Assembly: GCA_021780585.1 (NCBI GenBank)
Contig: JAJXYM010000232.1
Span: forward strand, 1 to 16,757
Source of the DNA: Deltaproteobacteria bacterium
GTDB taxonomy: Bacteria > Desulfobacterota > Binatia > Binatales > Binataceae
Direction of reading: 5' to 3'
Length of the DNA stretch: 16,757 nucleotides
In this document: piece by piece, positions 15,995-16,757 of the stretch
Layout of the letters: the number at the start of each line of letters is the position of its first letter
How positions within the stretch are numbered: position 1 is the first letter of the stretch
The notes under the pieces: model-generated
Told to the model about the DNA's origin: nothing
What the model saw: the letters and a program-made list of their open reading frames with translations, nothing else
The model's database searches: none
Translations under genes and position numbers: made by a program

Positions 15995-16215
15995 CAATGG
16001 ATGGCCGGGTCAAGCCCGGCCATGAAGCGCTGCCGTCACCCTCGGGCTTGACCCGAGGGTCCATCGGTCTGGATGGCCGGGTCAAGCCCGGCCATGACGG
16101 TCGCGGACGACGCTCCGCATCGGCCATGACGGTCGCGGACTACGCTCCGCATCGGGCGCGGCCATCGCGCAAACAACGAACGTCATCCTCGGGCTTGACC
16201 CGAGGATCCACGGGC
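15995..16215. repeat. Third REP cluster in the divergent intergenic region between the AKR and tam genes.
   Basis: It contains hairpin A (16001-16023), hairpin B (16035-16067), hairpin A (16073-16095), a 32-bp tandem duplication x2 (gccatgacggtcgcggac(g/t)acgctccgcatcg, units starting at 16091 and 16123), and a third stem variant C ATCCTCGGG-CTTGA-CCCGAGGAT (16185-16207). The module hairpin B+ccatcggtctgg+hairpin A is near-identical to 14789-14853. Confidence 0.85.
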
Positions 16216-16298
16216 GCCGCATTGGCGCCGGCGCTTGTTCGGATGGGACGTGCGCCGTATGCTCGGGCGCGACGCGATCGCGTCCGTGAGTCCGTTCG

Positions 16299-16757
16299 AT
16301 GGCTGATTGGGACCCCGAACTTTATCATCGCTTCCGCCGCTACCGCGCCGAACCGGTCGAATTGATCTTCGCCCGCCTGCGCTTCGCGCGCGGCGCCGAA
16401 GAAAGAATCGTCGATCTCGGCTGCGGCACCGGCGAGCATACGATCGAACTCGCGCGCCGCTCGGGCGGCCACGCCCGCGGCATCGATTCCTCCCCCGCGA
16501 TGATCGACAAAGCCAACGAACTGCGCGCCGCGCTCGACCCGGAATTACGGGCGCGCGTCGCCTTCGTCCGCGAGGATATCCGCGATTTCGCCGCCGAGAG
16601 CGAATACACGATCGTCTTTTCGAACGCCGCTCTGCAATGGCTCGGCGACCATCGCGCGGTGTTGGCCGCCTGCTTCCGCGCCCTGACGCCCGGCGGTGAA
16701 ATGGCGATCCAGATGCCCGCCAATGAGCATGAGACCGCCCAGGCGACCTTGACCGCG
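16299..16757 (+). CDS. tam: Trans-aconitate 2-methyltransferase (5' partial, runs off the window end).
   Basis: A manual translation from the ATG at 16299 gives MADWDPELYHRFRRYRAEPVELIFARLRFARGAEERIVDLGCGTGEHTIELARR ... GIDSSPAMIDKA ... VREDIRDF ... FSNAALQWLGDH ... MAIQMP. This parallels E. coli Tam as recalled (MSDWNPSLYLHF ... DLGCGPGNST ... GIDSSPAMI ... EADI ... FANASLQWLPDH ... LAVQMP). The frame is absent from the ORF track because there is no stop codon within the window. Confidence 0.8.
   Translation, partial: MADWDPELYHRFRRYRAEPVELIFARLRFARGAEERIVDLGCGTGEHTIELARRSGGHARGIDSSPAMIDKANELRAALDPELRARVAFVREDIRDFAAESEYTIVFSNAALQWLGDHRAVLAACFRALTPGGEMAIQMPANEHETAQATLTA

Noticed and set aside
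13615-16127. Numerous 60-120-aa ORFs inside the repeat clusters, for example 14498-14851, 14617-14805, 14630-14818, 13821-14174, 15818-16051 and 15945-16127. They begin MAGSSPAMT, MDGRVKPGHDG, MDPRVKPEGD and similar.
   Set aside because: They are translations of the REP hairpins and T-run or A-run minisatellites. The peptide repeats mirror the nucleotide repeats exactly, and there is no independent coding signal.
13984-16215. Whether this is a CRISPR array.
   Set aside because: The repeats are hairpin palindromes with variable spacing. They occur in both orientations, and the intervening sequences are themselves repeats. There is no regular repeat-spacer periodicity and there are no cas genes.
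16307-16723. ORF-track entries 16307-16699 (+) and 16340-16723 (-) over the tam region.
   Set aside because: They are in the wrong frame or strand. The frame starting at ATG 16299, which has no stop in the window, gives a clear Tam homologue.

Overview
This is a high-GC (roughly 65-70%) bacterial window. The plus strand carries a run of ordinary housekeeping and respiratory genes, with one divergently oriented gene pair and two isolated minus-strand genes.

Genes, in order:
- a flotillin/SPFH-family membrane protein
- a DUF952 gene that carries an apparent +1 frameshift in the sequence as given
- an aldo/keto reductase
- NADPH:quinone oxidoreductase (qor)
- acetate kinase (ackA)
- cytochrome bd oxidase subunits cydA and cydB
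- a small PNPOx-like flavoprotein
- a secreted protein built from three DUF5666-like repeats on the minus strand, divergent from a small membrane-anchored protein with five short repeats
- aconitase A (acnA)
- a 95-aa GIY-YIG nuclease on the minus strand
- a second aldo/keto reductase on the minus strand
- the 5' part of trans-aconitate methyltransferase (tam)

The most unusual content is a dense family of REP-like palindromic hairpins with the form GTCA-[9-nt stem]-CTTGA-[stem']-CCA. They come in three stem variants that differ by fully compensatory changes. They form three intergenic clusters, at 13984-14300, 14595-14857 and 15995-16215.

In the first two clusters the hairpins are arranged as long imperfect inverted repeats, with arms of about 150 and 237 bp. 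These arms bracket the GIY-YIG nuclease gene. I read this as a candidate undescribed association between a REP family and a GIY-YIG nuclease, analogous in logic to the REP/RAYT association.

The hairpins also supply the stop codon of the second aldo/keto reductase. They generate many spurious ORFs beginning MAGSSPAMT, MDGRVKPGHDG and similar.

The very long antisense ORFs, 1261 aa and 618 aa on the minus strand, are high-GC artefacts.

The likely source is a high-GC alphaproteobacterium of Rhizobiales/Bradyrhizobiaceae type. That guess comes from my recollection of similar hairpin repeats in those genomes and is not a search result.
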